A DNA stretch of 32,000 bases from Erysipelotrichaceae bacterium. GTDB taxonomy: Bacteria; Bacillota_I; Bacilli_A; Erysipelotrichales; Coprobacillaceae. Within the stretch, counting starts at the first letter, position 1. Each line of letters begins with the position of its first letter. Under the pieces are notes generated by a model. That model saw only the letters and a list, made by a program, of their open reading frames with translations. It had not been told where the DNA came from and searched no databases. The position numbers were made by a program, and so were the translations under genes. The DNA lies in assembly GCA_028698185.1 (NCBI GenBank), contig JAQVDW010000011.1, forward strand, positions 1 to 32,000, given 5' to 3'. This document shows positions 1 through 8,038 of the stretch, one piece after another.

Positions 1-128
1 GAGCCACAAGGAGAAAGAATAAAACCTTCATTCAAAACAAGTCTATTATCTTAGAAAAAGGATACTAATGCAATTCTTGGTTGAATTGATATTCAACAAG
101 GATTACAAACATATTATACGAGGAGAAT

Positions 129-308
129 ATGGAATTTAAGACTATGAAGGTTACCACTTCGGCTTTGCTCGCAGGATTGATTGTTGTGGGGAGCGCGATC
201 CCATCAAACGCATTGAACGGCTTTTCAAAACTTACAGGAAACGGCACGGATGTCAAGAACGTGATTGTCATGATCAGTGATGGCTATGGCTACCGACTAC
301 TTCACTGA
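129..308 (+). pseudogene. Alkaline phosphatase N-terminal fragment (signal peptide plus DG metal-site motif), out of frame with the catalytic body
   Basis: An ATG at 129 follows GAGGAG. The 59-codon ORF (below the track cutoff) reads MEFKTMKVTTSALLAGLIVVGSAIPSNALN...NVIVMISDGYGY, then RLLH and a stop at 306-308. The hydrophobic signal peptide and the VMISDG motif are what an alkaline phosphatase N-terminus looks like. The frame differs from ORF 277-1455. Confidence 0.55.
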
Positions 309-1455
309 CGGCAAATCCAACACCCAGATTTATGAAAACTTTCCAACTAAGGTTTCAATGAGCACATTCTCCCAAGGGAGCTATGACCCGGCAACCATCT
401 GGGATGAGTTCAACAACATGAACATCGCCCCGACTGATTCGGCGGCAGCGGGAACGGCGATGTCAACCGGTGAAAAGACATATGACGCGGCTATCGGTGT
501 CGATATCGAAGAACAGGACATGACCCACATCTGCGAGTCGTTCGAGAGCCTTGGCCGTTCGACTGGAGTTGTCTCGACTGTGGAATTCTCGCATGCGACA
601 CCGGCGAGTTTCGTCGCCCATGACGTAAACCGCAACAACTTTGCGGCCATCGCCAATGAAATGATCTATCAAAGCAGCGTTGATGTCATCATCGGCTGTG
701 GCAATCCTGAATACGACAACAATGGCAACGGGGCAAGCATGAACACCAAATATGTCGGTGGGGCGACGACCTGGGCCGATCTTAGCGACGGAAGTGTAAC
801 CGGGGCTGATGCCAACGGCGACGGGGTAGCTGACGACTGGTCGGTCATCCAATCCAAATCCGATTTTGAAGCATTGACAACCGGTCAAACAATCGGGATT
901 CCTGAAGTCTATACGACCCTGCAACAGGCCCGCAGCGGCGATGGCCAAGCCGACGCATATGAGGTGGCCTTGAATGACAACCTGCCCGATCTAACGACAA
1001 TGTCCAAGGTGGCCTTGAACGTGCTCGACAACAACGATGAAGGTTTCCTCTTGATGATCGAGGGTGGTGCGATCGACTGGGCCGGACATGCCAACCAAAG
1101 CGGACGCTTGATCGAGGAACAGGAAGACTTCAACACCGCGGTTGAGGCCGTATGCGACTGGGTTGAACAAAACAGCAGCTGGTCGGAAACGATGCTTGTG
1201 GTTACCGGAGACCATAAAACCGGATATCTTACCGGAACTGCCGGAGTCTACGACGGGTTGGTAAACAATGGGGCAGGAATCATGCCGACAATGGCCTGGA
1301 ACAGTGGCAACCATACCAACCAACTGATCCCATTCTTCGCCAAAGGAGACGGAGCCCAAATATTCAAGAAGCTCGCTGACCAGGTTGATCCCCTCAGAGG
1401 AAATTACCTTGACAATACCGAAATCGTGACTGCGATCGAGGCCTTGATTTTCTAA
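277..1455 (+). CDS. Alkaline phosphatase (PhoA family) catalytic body; its N-terminus lies in another frame
   Basis: Motifs seen: DSAAAGTAMSTG (Ser nucleophile), SHATPASF, EGGAIDWAGHAN, VTGDHKTG and GNHTNQLIPFFAKG. This frame is closed by a TGA at 271-273, so it has no signal peptide of its own. Confidence 0.85.
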   Translation: MMAMATDYFTDGKSNTQIYENFPTKVSMSTFSQGSYDPATIWDEFNNMNIAPTDSAAAGTAMSTGEKTYDAAIGVDIEEQDMTHICESFESLGRSTGVVSTVEFSHATPASFVAHDVNRNNFAAIANEMIYQSSVDVIIGCGNPEYDNNGNGASMNTKYVGGATTWADLSDGSVTGADANGDGVADDWSVIQSKSDFEALTTGQTIGIPEVYTTLQQARSGDGQADAYEVALNDNLPDLTTMSKVALNVLDNNDEGFLLMIEGGAIDWAGHANQSGRLIEEQEDFNTAVEAVCDWVEQNSSWSETMLVVTGDHKTGYLTGTAGVYDGLVNNGAGIMPTMAWNSGNHTNQLIPFFAKGDGAQIFKKLADQVDPLRGNYLDNTEIVTAIEALIF

Positions 1456-1498
1456 GCTATTGACAACCCAACACTCAGGCGGTCTTGCCTGAAACCCA

Positions 1499-1529
1499 AA
1501 AAGGTGGCTCCATAAGGTGGCCACCTTTT
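1499..1529. terminator. Bidirectional intrinsic terminator between the phosphatase and marR
   Basis: AAAAGGTGGC (1499-1508) pairs perfectly with GCCACCTTTT (1520-1529) around an 11-nt loop. The A run and T run flank the stem, so it can work on both strands between convergent genes. Confidence 0.7.
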
Positions 1530-1575
1530 CCATATGCTGGACCGAAGAAATCTTATTATTGTTCTTTGCGCTTGA

Positions 1576-1998
1576 TTATTTGGGGATGCTGCCGGAGATG
1601 CGGCCAAGCAGGCCGATCAGGGTGGTGATTTCTTCCGGGGAAAGGTCGCTTGTGAGCTGGCGGTCGAAATTGGCGACCTCCTGGGCAATCTGGGAAGAGA
1701 TCGCCAGCGATTTCTGGTCCAGGGTGATGGTCTTGTGCCGGGCATCGTCTTTGCTTGGAGTGCGGATGATGTAACCGTCACGTTCGAGGTTTTTCAGGAT
1801 TCCTGTGGCCGTGGCCGGACGGAGGTTGAACTCCTCCTCGATATCCTTCTGGATGAGGCCTTCCTTTTCCTTGACGATGATGAAATGGAGCACGTGGCCC
1901 TGGGTTCCCGACAACCCGGTCTTTTTTGAGAGAATGCCCATGTTGCGCTTGATCTGGTTTGAAAGATTCGTTATCTCTTTGCCCACGTCGTATTCCAT
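1576..1998 (-). CDS. MarR family transcriptional regulator
   Basis: It is 140 aa with a winged-HTH pattern (LSGTQGHVLHFI..., IQKDIEEEFNLRPATATGILKNLERDGYIIR, DARHKTITLT-like). AGGAGG precedes the ATG. It lies downstream of the MFS gene on the same strand. Confidence 0.85.
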   Translation of the reverse strand: MEYDVGKEITNLSNQIKRNMGILSKKTGLSGTQGHVLHFIIVKEKEGLIQKDIEEEFNLRPATATGILKNLERDGYIIRTPSKDDARHKTITLDQKSLAISSQIAQEVANFDRQLTSDLSPEEITTLIGLLGRISGSIPK

Positions 1999-2072
1999 TT
2001 CTTTCCTCCTGATCCGGTCTTTACCGGAGTTGTTGTAGCTTCATCATTATAGCATAAAATCGGCGGATTATT

Positions 2073-3476
2073 TCAGGATTCGTTATTTCGAGCCAATTTA
2101 TTGCCCCTGACAGACAATGCTTTATACTGGCTTAGCACCAGGATTGACACGGTTACCATCAGTAAGGCCAACACGAGAAGCGTTCCGGATCTGGTATTGG
2201 CCGAAGTGATTGTCCCGTTCTGGAAGAAGGCCAGGCTGGCGGCGCAGATGGCGGTCCCAATTCCCCCTGAAAGCTGCTGCAGGGTCTGGATTGCGGCATT
2301 CCCGTCGCCTTTTTGGCTCTTGGCCAGACGGTTCAAGGCGCAGGTAAGGGTATTGCCGATGGTCAGACCTACTCCCACCATATACAGGAAGTAGAATATG
2401 ACGCAAAGCTGGTAGCTAAAATTGTTGAAGAACACCATAAAAGCGGTGAGGGCCAGCCAGGCAAACAGGGCCCCGGCCATGATCGGCTTTTGGGGACCGT
2501 AGCGGTCGAGCAGTACGCCACCGACCAAAGCGAATACCGCTCCCACCAGCGATCCGGGCAAGGCGACCAGACCGGCGGCCATGGCCGATTGGCCTAGCAC
2601 AGTCTGGACGAATATGGGCAAAAGAAGACTCAAGGCCAGGGTTGTGATCTGGGTCGCCATGATTGCCCCCAAATGAAACGTGAACTTCAGATTGGAGAAT
2701 ATGCTAAGATCAATCAAGGGATTAACACATTTGCGACTCTGTCTGATAAAAACAAGTAGCGCCAAAATGCCTGCGGTGAAACATCCGATGACCAGTCCGG
2801 GATCAATCAAAATCTTGTCAAGGTTGGAAAAGGCGAACATCAAGGCGACAAATGCGCAGGCGATGGCAGCGTATCCTTTCCAATCAATTCTTGTTTCCCT
2901 GTTGCCCGGGTGGGAATCGATGCAGCGACTTCCAATTGCCAGGGCGATTGAAATCACCGGCAACATCGCGGCGAAGATGTAGCGCCAGCCAAGATACTCG
3001 ATCATCCAACCGCCAAAGGTCGGTCCCAGAGCCGGAGCTGTGGCGATGACCAGGGATCCCATCCCCATCATCCGCCCGAGCATCACTCCAGGCGATTCCA
3101 CCAGGATGATGTTGTACATCAAGGGCAAAGCGATGCCCACGGCAAAGCCTTGGATGAGTCTGCCTAGTAGCAACAAGGTGAAGCTTTGGGTCGTCACATC
3201 GACGACGATTCCCGCAATGAAAAGCGTTCCGGCGAAAATGAATAGATTCCTCTTTGAAAAGCGTTTGTCAAGATAAGACGACAGGGGGATCACGATGCCC
3301 ATTGCCAGCAGATTGCCGGTTGTCATCCATTGCACTGTCGAAGTGGCCACGCCGAACTCATCGATCAGGGTGGGGAATGTGATATTGGTGGCGGTCTCGA
3401 TCAGGATGCCGCAAAATGCGAACAGTCCCGCCGCCACAATGGCCAGGAATTGTCTGGCTGTAAGCTTGTTTTCCAT
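2073..3476 (-). CDS. MFS transporter, 14-TMS DHA2-like drug:H+ antiporter
   Basis: The protein is about 467 aa and highly hydrophobic, with MFS motifs (LDKRFSKRNLF, LGRLIQGFAVG). I place the start at the ATG at 3476 (MENKLTARQ). The GTG at 3488 sits inside the GTGAGG Shine-Dalgarno sequence. Confidence 0.85.
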   Translation of the reverse strand: MENKLTARQFLAIVAAGLFAFCGILIETATNITFPTLIDEFGVATSTVQWMTTGNLLAMGIVIPLSSYLDKRFSKRNLFIFAGTLFIAGIVVDVTTQSFTLLLLGRLIQGFAVGIALPLMYNIILVESPGVMLGRMMGMGSLVIATAPALGPTFGGWMIEYLGWRYIFAAMLPVISIALAIGSRCIDSHPGNRETRIDWKGYAAIACAFVALMFAFSNLDKILIDPGLVIGCFTAGILALLVFIRQSRKCVNPLIDLSIFSNLKFTFHLGAIMATQITTLALSLLLPIFVQTVLGQSAMAAGLVALPGSLVGAVFALVGGVLLDRYGPQKPIMAGALFAWLALTAFMVFFNNFSYQLCVIFYFLYMVGVGLTIGNTLTCALNRLAKSQKGDGNAAIQTLQQLSGGIGTAICAASLAFFQNGTITSANTRSGTLLVLALLMVTVSILVLSQYKALSVRGNKLARNNES

Positions 3477-3490
3477 AATATACCTCACTT

Positions 3491-3532
3491 TATATTTAGG
3501 AACCTAACTAATTATTTAGGTTCCTAAATATA
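3491..3532. promoter_or_regulatory. Perfect 17-bp inverted repeat, probable MarR operator
   Basis: TATATTTAGGAACCTAA (3491-3507) and TTAGGTTCCTAAATATA (3516-3532) are exact reverse complements separated by 8 bp. The repeat sits between the predicted -10 box and the RBS of the MFS-marR operon. Confidence 0.6.
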
Positions 3533-3558
3533 ATAGCGGGATACAATCGGGATGTCAA
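3530..3558 (-). promoter_or_regulatory. Sigma-A type promoter of the MFS-marR operon
   Basis: On the minus strand: TTGACA (3558-3553), a 17-nt spacer, then TATTAT (3535-3530). Confidence 0.55.
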
Positions 3559-3622
3559 CCGCAAACTGCAATTGTCGCCTCTTGCCAAGCCCCGCCTGGA
3601 TAAAAATTACTTTCAAGGAAGA

Positions 3623-3651
3623 TTGATTAGTGGCCCCGATAATGAGATAAT
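3623..3651 (+). promoter_or_regulatory. Candidate promoter for the first rpiR-family gene
   Basis: TTGATT (3623-3628), a 17-nt spacer, then GATAAT (3646-3651). This implies a 5' UTR of roughly 140 nt. Confidence 0.35.
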
Positions 3652-3799
3652 GGAAAAGTGCCTGCTTCTGGCAGGGGTTTCAAACAATGGTCCTTGATGA
3701 TTCCTTTCCCCAAAACAGCTACCGGGGTGTTGTGCCCTGGCTGCTGGCAGAAGGACTGGGATCCAAGAATCAAAACCGCAGCGAAGGAGAACTTTATCC

Positions 3800-4588
3800 A
3801 TGTTAGATATCCACCATTTTGGACTGTTGTCGGCCCTGTTCAAAATAATCGACAACAACGATGAAGCGAATATCGATTATGTCATTGCCAAGTATTTCAT
3901 CGAGAATTACAAGAAACTCGGCCTGCTCAACATCTATGATGTCGCGGAGGAGTGCTATGTTTCCCGCAGCTCGATCCGCCGCTTTTGCAAGCAGATTGGC
4001 TACAACAATTTCCTGGAGCTAAAAAGCGCCTTCAAGGATTATGACTACAAGTACAGCTATTTTGCCAAATACCATGAGCGGAACGATTATCGGCAATGGT
4101 ACAGAAACGAGATAATTGCGACTTTGAACGAACTCGATGAGCTTATCGACAACGAGACTCTGGTGAAGATGGCCAAAACAATCCATGAGGGCAACCGGGT
4201 GTTTTTTATCACATCCTACAACTCTACCCATGTGATCAACGAATTCCGAAGGCCGCTCGTGCTGCTCCACAAAATAATCAATATGATGTCGGATGACAGC
4301 CTGGATGAAGCGGTGCTCAGTTCCCTGGAAAACAACGATGTGGTGTTCATGGTTTCGATGACCGGGATATTCGCTACAAACAATCTCAAGATCCTGGAAT
4401 CGTGCAAGGCGTACAAGGCCCTGATCACGACCTCGAGAAACGAGGAGTACAAAAAAGTCTTTGATGATGTTTACAACCTCGCTTATGGCGACTATTCGAA
4501 TCTCAAGAGCGTCCGGGGCAAATACGGCATCGTCTACCTTTTCGATGTCCTCTATGACGTCTATTTGAAAATGTACAAGCAGAATTAG
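3800..4588 (+). CDS. RpiR/MurR family transcriptional regulator (HTH_6 + SIS domain)
   Basis: HTH segment IYDVAEECYVSRSSIRRFCKQIGYNNFLELK, followed by a SIS-like C-terminal half. GAAGGAG lies upstream of the ATG. Confidence 0.85.
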   Translation: MLDIHHFGLLSALFKIIDNNDEANIDYVIAKYFIENYKKLGLLNIYDVAEECYVSRSSIRRFCKQIGYNNFLELKSAFKDYDYKYSYFAKYHERNDYRQWYRNEIIATLNELDELIDNETLVKMAKTIHEGNRVFFITSYNSTHVINEFRRPLVLLHKIINMMSDDSLDEAVLSSLENNDVVFMVSMTGIFATNNLKILESCKAYKALITTSRNEEYKKVFDDVYNLAYGDYSNLKSVRGKYGIVYLFDVLYDVYLKMYKQN

Positions 4589-4617
4589 GGTGCAAAATTT
4601 GCACCCCTTTCATTTTT
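4588..4617 (+). terminator. Intrinsic terminator after rpiR
   Basis: GGGTGCA...TGCACCC hairpin (4588-4606) followed by CTTTCATTTTT. Confidence 0.65.
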
Positions 4618-4623
4618 GGCCTT

Positions 4624-4632
4624 TGATACAAT
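4624..4632 (+). promoter_or_regulatory. Extended -10 promoter element (TGATACAAT) for the beta-glucoside operon
   Basis: TGnTACAAT lies 75 nt upstream of the GH1 start. No good -35 box is visible. Confidence 0.35.
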
Positions 4633-4642
4633 GATAGTGCAT

Positions 4643-4656
4643 TGAAAACGATTACA
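4643..4656. promoter_or_regulatory. Catabolite-responsive element (cre, CcpA site)
   Basis: TGAAAACGATTACA matches every specified position of the cre consensus WTGNAANCGNWNNCW when read with its flanking T and A. It sits just downstream of the candidate -10 box. Confidence 0.65.
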
Positions 4657-4707
4657 AAATCTGCGCAGGTTTTATCAATCATGCTAAAAAACACGGAGGA
4701 ATAGAAA

Positions 4708-6174
4708 ATGCACTACAGACACGAACCAAGATTTCCAGATAATTTCATGTGGGGAGCCTCTTCGGCAGCCTGGCAGGTGGAGGGAGCGACAGCTAAGGGT
4801 GGCAGAACCCCGGCCATCATCGATTTGAACTCGAAGAAGAAAAAGCCGTTCGCGGACAACTCGATCGCTTCGGACCACTACCATCACTACAAGGAAGACG
4901 TGGCCTTGATGGCCGAATGCGGCTTCAGCTCTTACCGTTTCTCGCTTTCATGGTCAAGAATCATCCCCAATGCCGACCGCAAAGTGAATCCGGAAGGGTT
5001 GGATTTCTATAATAATCTTATCGACGAACTGGTAAAAAACAACATTGCCCCGATTGTGACACTTTACCATTACGACATGCCTTGCTGGCTGGAAGAGAAA
5101 TACGGGGGTTGGCTCAACCGCGGTGTGATCGAGGAGTTCGAATACTACAGCAAAGTGTGCTTCGAACATTTCGGTGACCGGGTCAAATACTGGCTGTCGA
5201 TCAATGAACAGAACATGCAGATTGTCTATGGCGACTGGCTGGGAGTATCCAAAGGCTGCGACAACTGGTTTGAACAGAAATGGCAGATCAACCATATCAT
5301 GAACCTGTGTCATGCCAAAGCGGTCATCGCCTGCCATGAAATGGTCGAGGGTGGCAAAATCGGTCCGGTTCCGGGAATGGTTCCGATCTATCCCGAAACA
5401 TGCAGACCGCTAGACCAGATTGCTGCCATGAACGCCGAGGAATTCACGGAAAAAATCTGGAATGACACCTATGTTTTCGGGAAGTACAGCAATTTCGTTA
5501 AGAACTACTGGAAAAACAACAATATCGACCCCAAAATCATGGAAGGGGACGAAGAGCTCATGGCCCAAGCCAAAATCGATTTCTTCGCGGTCAACTGCTA
5601 CCGCTCGAATACGGCCAAGGACGCGCCATTGGATGCAGAGCCTAGGGAATATCTGCTAAACAAGGATGGCAAAAAGGGTGGACTGCAGTTCCCGGTCAAT
5701 CCAGGCGAGTTCGCCCTGACTGCCAACCCGTATGTGGAAACTACCGACTGGGATTGGGAAATCGATCCGGGTTCTTTAAGATATACTTTGCGTTACATGT
5801 GGGACCATTACCAGTTGCCGATGATGATCACCGAAAACGGCTTCGGTATGCACGAATCTCTAGGAGAAGACGGGAAGATCCATGACCAGGCCCGGATTGA
5901 CTTTTTGCGCGACAACATCTATCAGGTCGGTCTGGCAATCGAAGATGGCTGCGAGGTGTGGGGCTACAACCCATGGTCATTCACCGATCTTCTTTCAACG
6001 GGAAATGGGATGGCCAAACGGTACGGGCTGGTGTATGTCGACGTCACTGACGAACAGATCAACCAGGCTCAAGACATCAGTGAACTGAGCCTGAAACGGA
6101 TCAGAAAAGATTCATTCTATTGGTACTCTAAGCTAATCAAGTCAAACGGAAAAGACTGGGGAAGGGACGATTAA
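4708..6174 (+). CDS. 6-phospho-beta-glucosidase (glycoside hydrolase family 1)
   Basis: N-terminal FPDNFMWGASSAAWQVEG; LSINEQN (acid/base Glu); ITENGFG (nucleophile Glu); KRYGLVYVD. GGAGG is the RBS. Confidence 0.92.
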   Translation: MHYRHEPRFPDNFMWGASSAAWQVEGATAKGGRTPAIIDLNSKKKKPFADNSIASDHYHHYKEDVALMAECGFSSYRFSLSWSRIIPNADRKVNPEGLDFYNNLIDELVKNNIAPIVTLYHYDMPCWLEEKYGGWLNRGVIEEFEYYSKVCFEHFGDRVKYWLSINEQNMQIVYGDWLGVSKGCDNWFEQKWQINHIMNLCHAKAVIACHEMVEGGKIGPVPGMVPIYPETCRPLDQIAAMNAEEFTEKIWNDTYVFGKYSNFVKNYWKNNNIDPKIMEGDEELMAQAKIDFFAVNCYRSNTAKDAPLDAEPREYLLNKDGKKGGLQFPVNPGEFALTANPYVETTDWDWEIDPGSLRYTLRYMWDHYQLPMMITENGFGMHESLGEDGKIHDQARIDFLRDNIYQVGLAIEDGCEVWGYNPWSFTDLLSTGNGMAKRYGLVYVDVTDEQINQAQDISELSLKRIRKDSFYWYSKLIKSNGKDWGRDD

Positions 6175-6175
6175 T

Positions 6176-8005
6176 ATGGCTAAAGACTATAAAGCGATCG
6201 CCGATGCGATTGTTGAAAGAAGCGGCGGATTGAATAATATCGCCGGGGTGACCCACTGCATGACCAGGTTGCGCCTGCAAATCCGCAATGGCGGCGATTT
6301 TGACGCCGAAGCGATCAAGAAGATTCCAGGAGTGTTGAATGTCATCATCCAGAACGGCGAACATCAGATTGTCATCGGGCAGGATGTGCCCAATCTGTAT
6401 GCCCAATTCCAGAAGTTCGACATTGCCACCGGTGATGCCAGCGGACCTGCAAGCAAGGCACCCAAAGGCAAAAAAGCCATAGTCGGTGCGGTCCTCTCAT
6501 TTATCGGGGGAACGTTCGCTCCGGTAATTCCGGTATTGATTGCCGGCGGGCTGACCGGTGCGGTCCTGACCCTGCTTACCAATTTCTTCGGGGTGACGAC
6601 TGATTCGGGCACATATACGATAATCTATGCCATAAATCAGGCGACATTCTACTTCCTGCCGCTGTTCATCGGATTTTCGGCAGCGACCCGGCTCAAGACC
6701 GATGGCTATCTTGGAGCATTCGTGGGAGCCATCCTGCTTTATTCGACCATAAACAATGCCGAAGGTCTATCGTTCTTTGGCATCCAGGTGGCCCAGGTGG
6801 CCTACAACTCGACCGTATTCCCGATAATCCTGGGCGTGCTGTTCATGTCGGTTGTCTACAAGACACTCCAGAAATACACGCCAACGGTACTTAAGACAAT
6901 CTTCGTGCCCTTGGCGACGATCCTGATTACCGTGCCGGTTACCTTATTGGTGCTCGGTCCAATCGGCGGGATCATGGGTTCTTGGCTGGCTGGTGGCGTA
7001 TTTGCCATCTACCGGGCGGTTCCGGCCCTGGCGGTAATGATCATCGGTATCGCAACTCCATTGATGGTTTTCTTTGGCATGAACAATGCCACTTATCCGG
7101 TGGTTTTCGCTTTGCTGGCGGAAGTCGGTTCCGACCCGCTGGTGTGTACCGGGATGGCTCCAGCCAATGTGGCTGTGGGCGGTGCCTGTCTTGCGGCGGC
7201 GCTGCTCGCCAGAAACGTCAATGACAAATCAGTATCGATTTCAGCCGGAATCACGGCCCTTTGCGGAATCACCGAACCCGGGGTCTATGGAGTCCTTTTC
7301 CCGAAAACCTACCCGTTAATCGGGGCGATGATCGGTGGGGGGATCGGAGGACTGATGGCCGGACTGCTGGGAATGACCCAGTTTGTCATCTCGACTCCCG
7401 GTTTCATCTCATTGCCGGCCTACATCAATCCAGACGGGACCAACGGCAACCTGATCATCTCGATTGCGGTAATGCTTGTGGCGGTGACTGGCGGTTTTGG
7501 CTTCACCTATGTGCTAGGCAAAAGATTCGGAAAGAAAAATCCGGCCAACGAAGTCTATGATGACAACGAGATAATCGCGATGGCCAACGGGAAATCGATC
7601 GCCCTGGAGACTGTGAAAGATGAAATGTTCGCTTCCAAATCGCTGGGCGATGGAGTGGCTTTCGAACTCAAGGACGGGAAGATATGTGCTCCGGCCAATG
7701 GCAGACTGGATGTGCTTTTCCCGACCGGCCATGCCTTTGGGATCACCATGAACACCGGTGTCGAACTTTTGTGCCATATTGGAATCAACACGGTCGAAAG
7801 CAACGGCAAGGGATTTAAACTGCTAAATAAGGAGGGGAACGAAGTAAAAGCCGGCGATCCGATTGTCGAAGTCGATCTAGCCAAACTGAAAGAATCATAT
7901 GACATGACAACGATGCTTATCGTGACCAATCCAAATGATAAACAAGTCAACTTCTTTAAAGATGAACAAGTCAAGCAACTCCAGGTGATTGGATTTGTGA
8001 AATAG
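6176..8005 (+). CDS. PTS beta-glucoside-family transporter, EIIBCA fusion
   Basis: The EIIB motif VTHCMTRLRL is at the N-terminus. A long polytopic EIIC core follows. The C-terminal EIIA-Glc-type domain carries FPTGHAFGI and LCHIGINTV. The gene starts 1 nt after the GH1 stop. Confidence 0.9.
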   Translation: MAKDYKAIADAIVERSGGLNNIAGVTHCMTRLRLQIRNGGDFDAEAIKKIPGVLNVIIQNGEHQIVIGQDVPNLYAQFQKFDIATGDASGPASKAPKGKKAIVGAVLSFIGGTFAPVIPVLIAGGLTGAVLTLLTNFFGVTTDSGTYTIIYAINQATFYFLPLFIGFSAATRLKTDGYLGAFVGAILLYSTINNAEGLSFFGIQVAQVAYNSTVFPIILGVLFMSVVYKTLQKYTPTVLKTIFVPLATILITVPVTLLVLGPIGGIMGSWLAGGVFAIYRAVPALAVMIIGIATPLMVFFGMNNATYPVVFALLAEVGSDPLVCTGMAPANVAVGGACLAAALLARNVNDKSVSISAGITALCGITEPGVYGVLFPKTYPLIGAMIGGGIGGLMAGLLGMTQFVISTPGFISLPAYINPDGTNGNLIISIAVMLVAVTGGFGFTYVLGKRFGKKNPANEVYDDNEIIAMANGKSIALETVKDEMFASKSLGDGVAFELKDGKICAPANGRLDVLFPTGHAFGITMNTGVELLCHIGINTVESNGKGFKLLNKEGNEVKAGDPIVEVDLAKLKESYDMTTMLIVTNPNDKQVNFFKDEQVKQLQVIGFVK

Positions 8006-8007
8006 AC

Positions 8008-8035
8008 AAAAGCTGCCAAAATTTTGGCAGCTTTT
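8008..8035. terminator. Bidirectional terminator between convergent PTS genes
   Basis: A perfect 28-nt palindrome, AAAAGCTGCCAAAATTTTGGCAGCTTTT: a GC stem flanked by an A run and a T run. Confidence 0.8.
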
Positions 8036-8038
8036 AAG

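Noticed and set aside
80-119. An inverted repeat, GTTGAAT-TGAT-ATTCAAC (80-97), and three TT-initiated hexamers at 11-bp spacing (TTCAAC, TTACAA, TTATAC) upstream of the phosphatase, reminiscent of PhoP boxes.
   Set aside because: Each hexamer matches the TT(A/T/C)ACA consensus at only 3-4 positions. The window edge also truncates the promoter region. This is suggestive of Pho control but not supportable.
65-271. A 68-aa minus-strand ORF at the left edge of the window.
   Set aside because: It is antisense to the signal-peptide-encoding start of the alkaline phosphatase and to that gene's upstream region. It has no RBS and no recognisable motif.
3559-3600. A CCGCCTGG string reminiscent of the 3' hairpin of ZTP (pfl) riboswitches.
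   Set aside because: The 5' sub-domain consensus (GGGUCGUG...ACUGGCG) is absent. The flanking genes (MFS efflux, RpiR) are not purine or folate genes. Part of the region is already explained by the MFS promoter.
3652-3799. A GC-richer 5' UTR of about 140 nt upstream of the first rpiR gene, with short hairpins (CCTGC-TTCTG-GCAGG; a CTTCTG/CAGAAG pairing).
   Set aside because: Only 5-6-bp helices could be found, and nothing resembles a riboswitch class I know. The promoter assignment itself is weak. It is worth an Rfam scan but not supportable as a feature.
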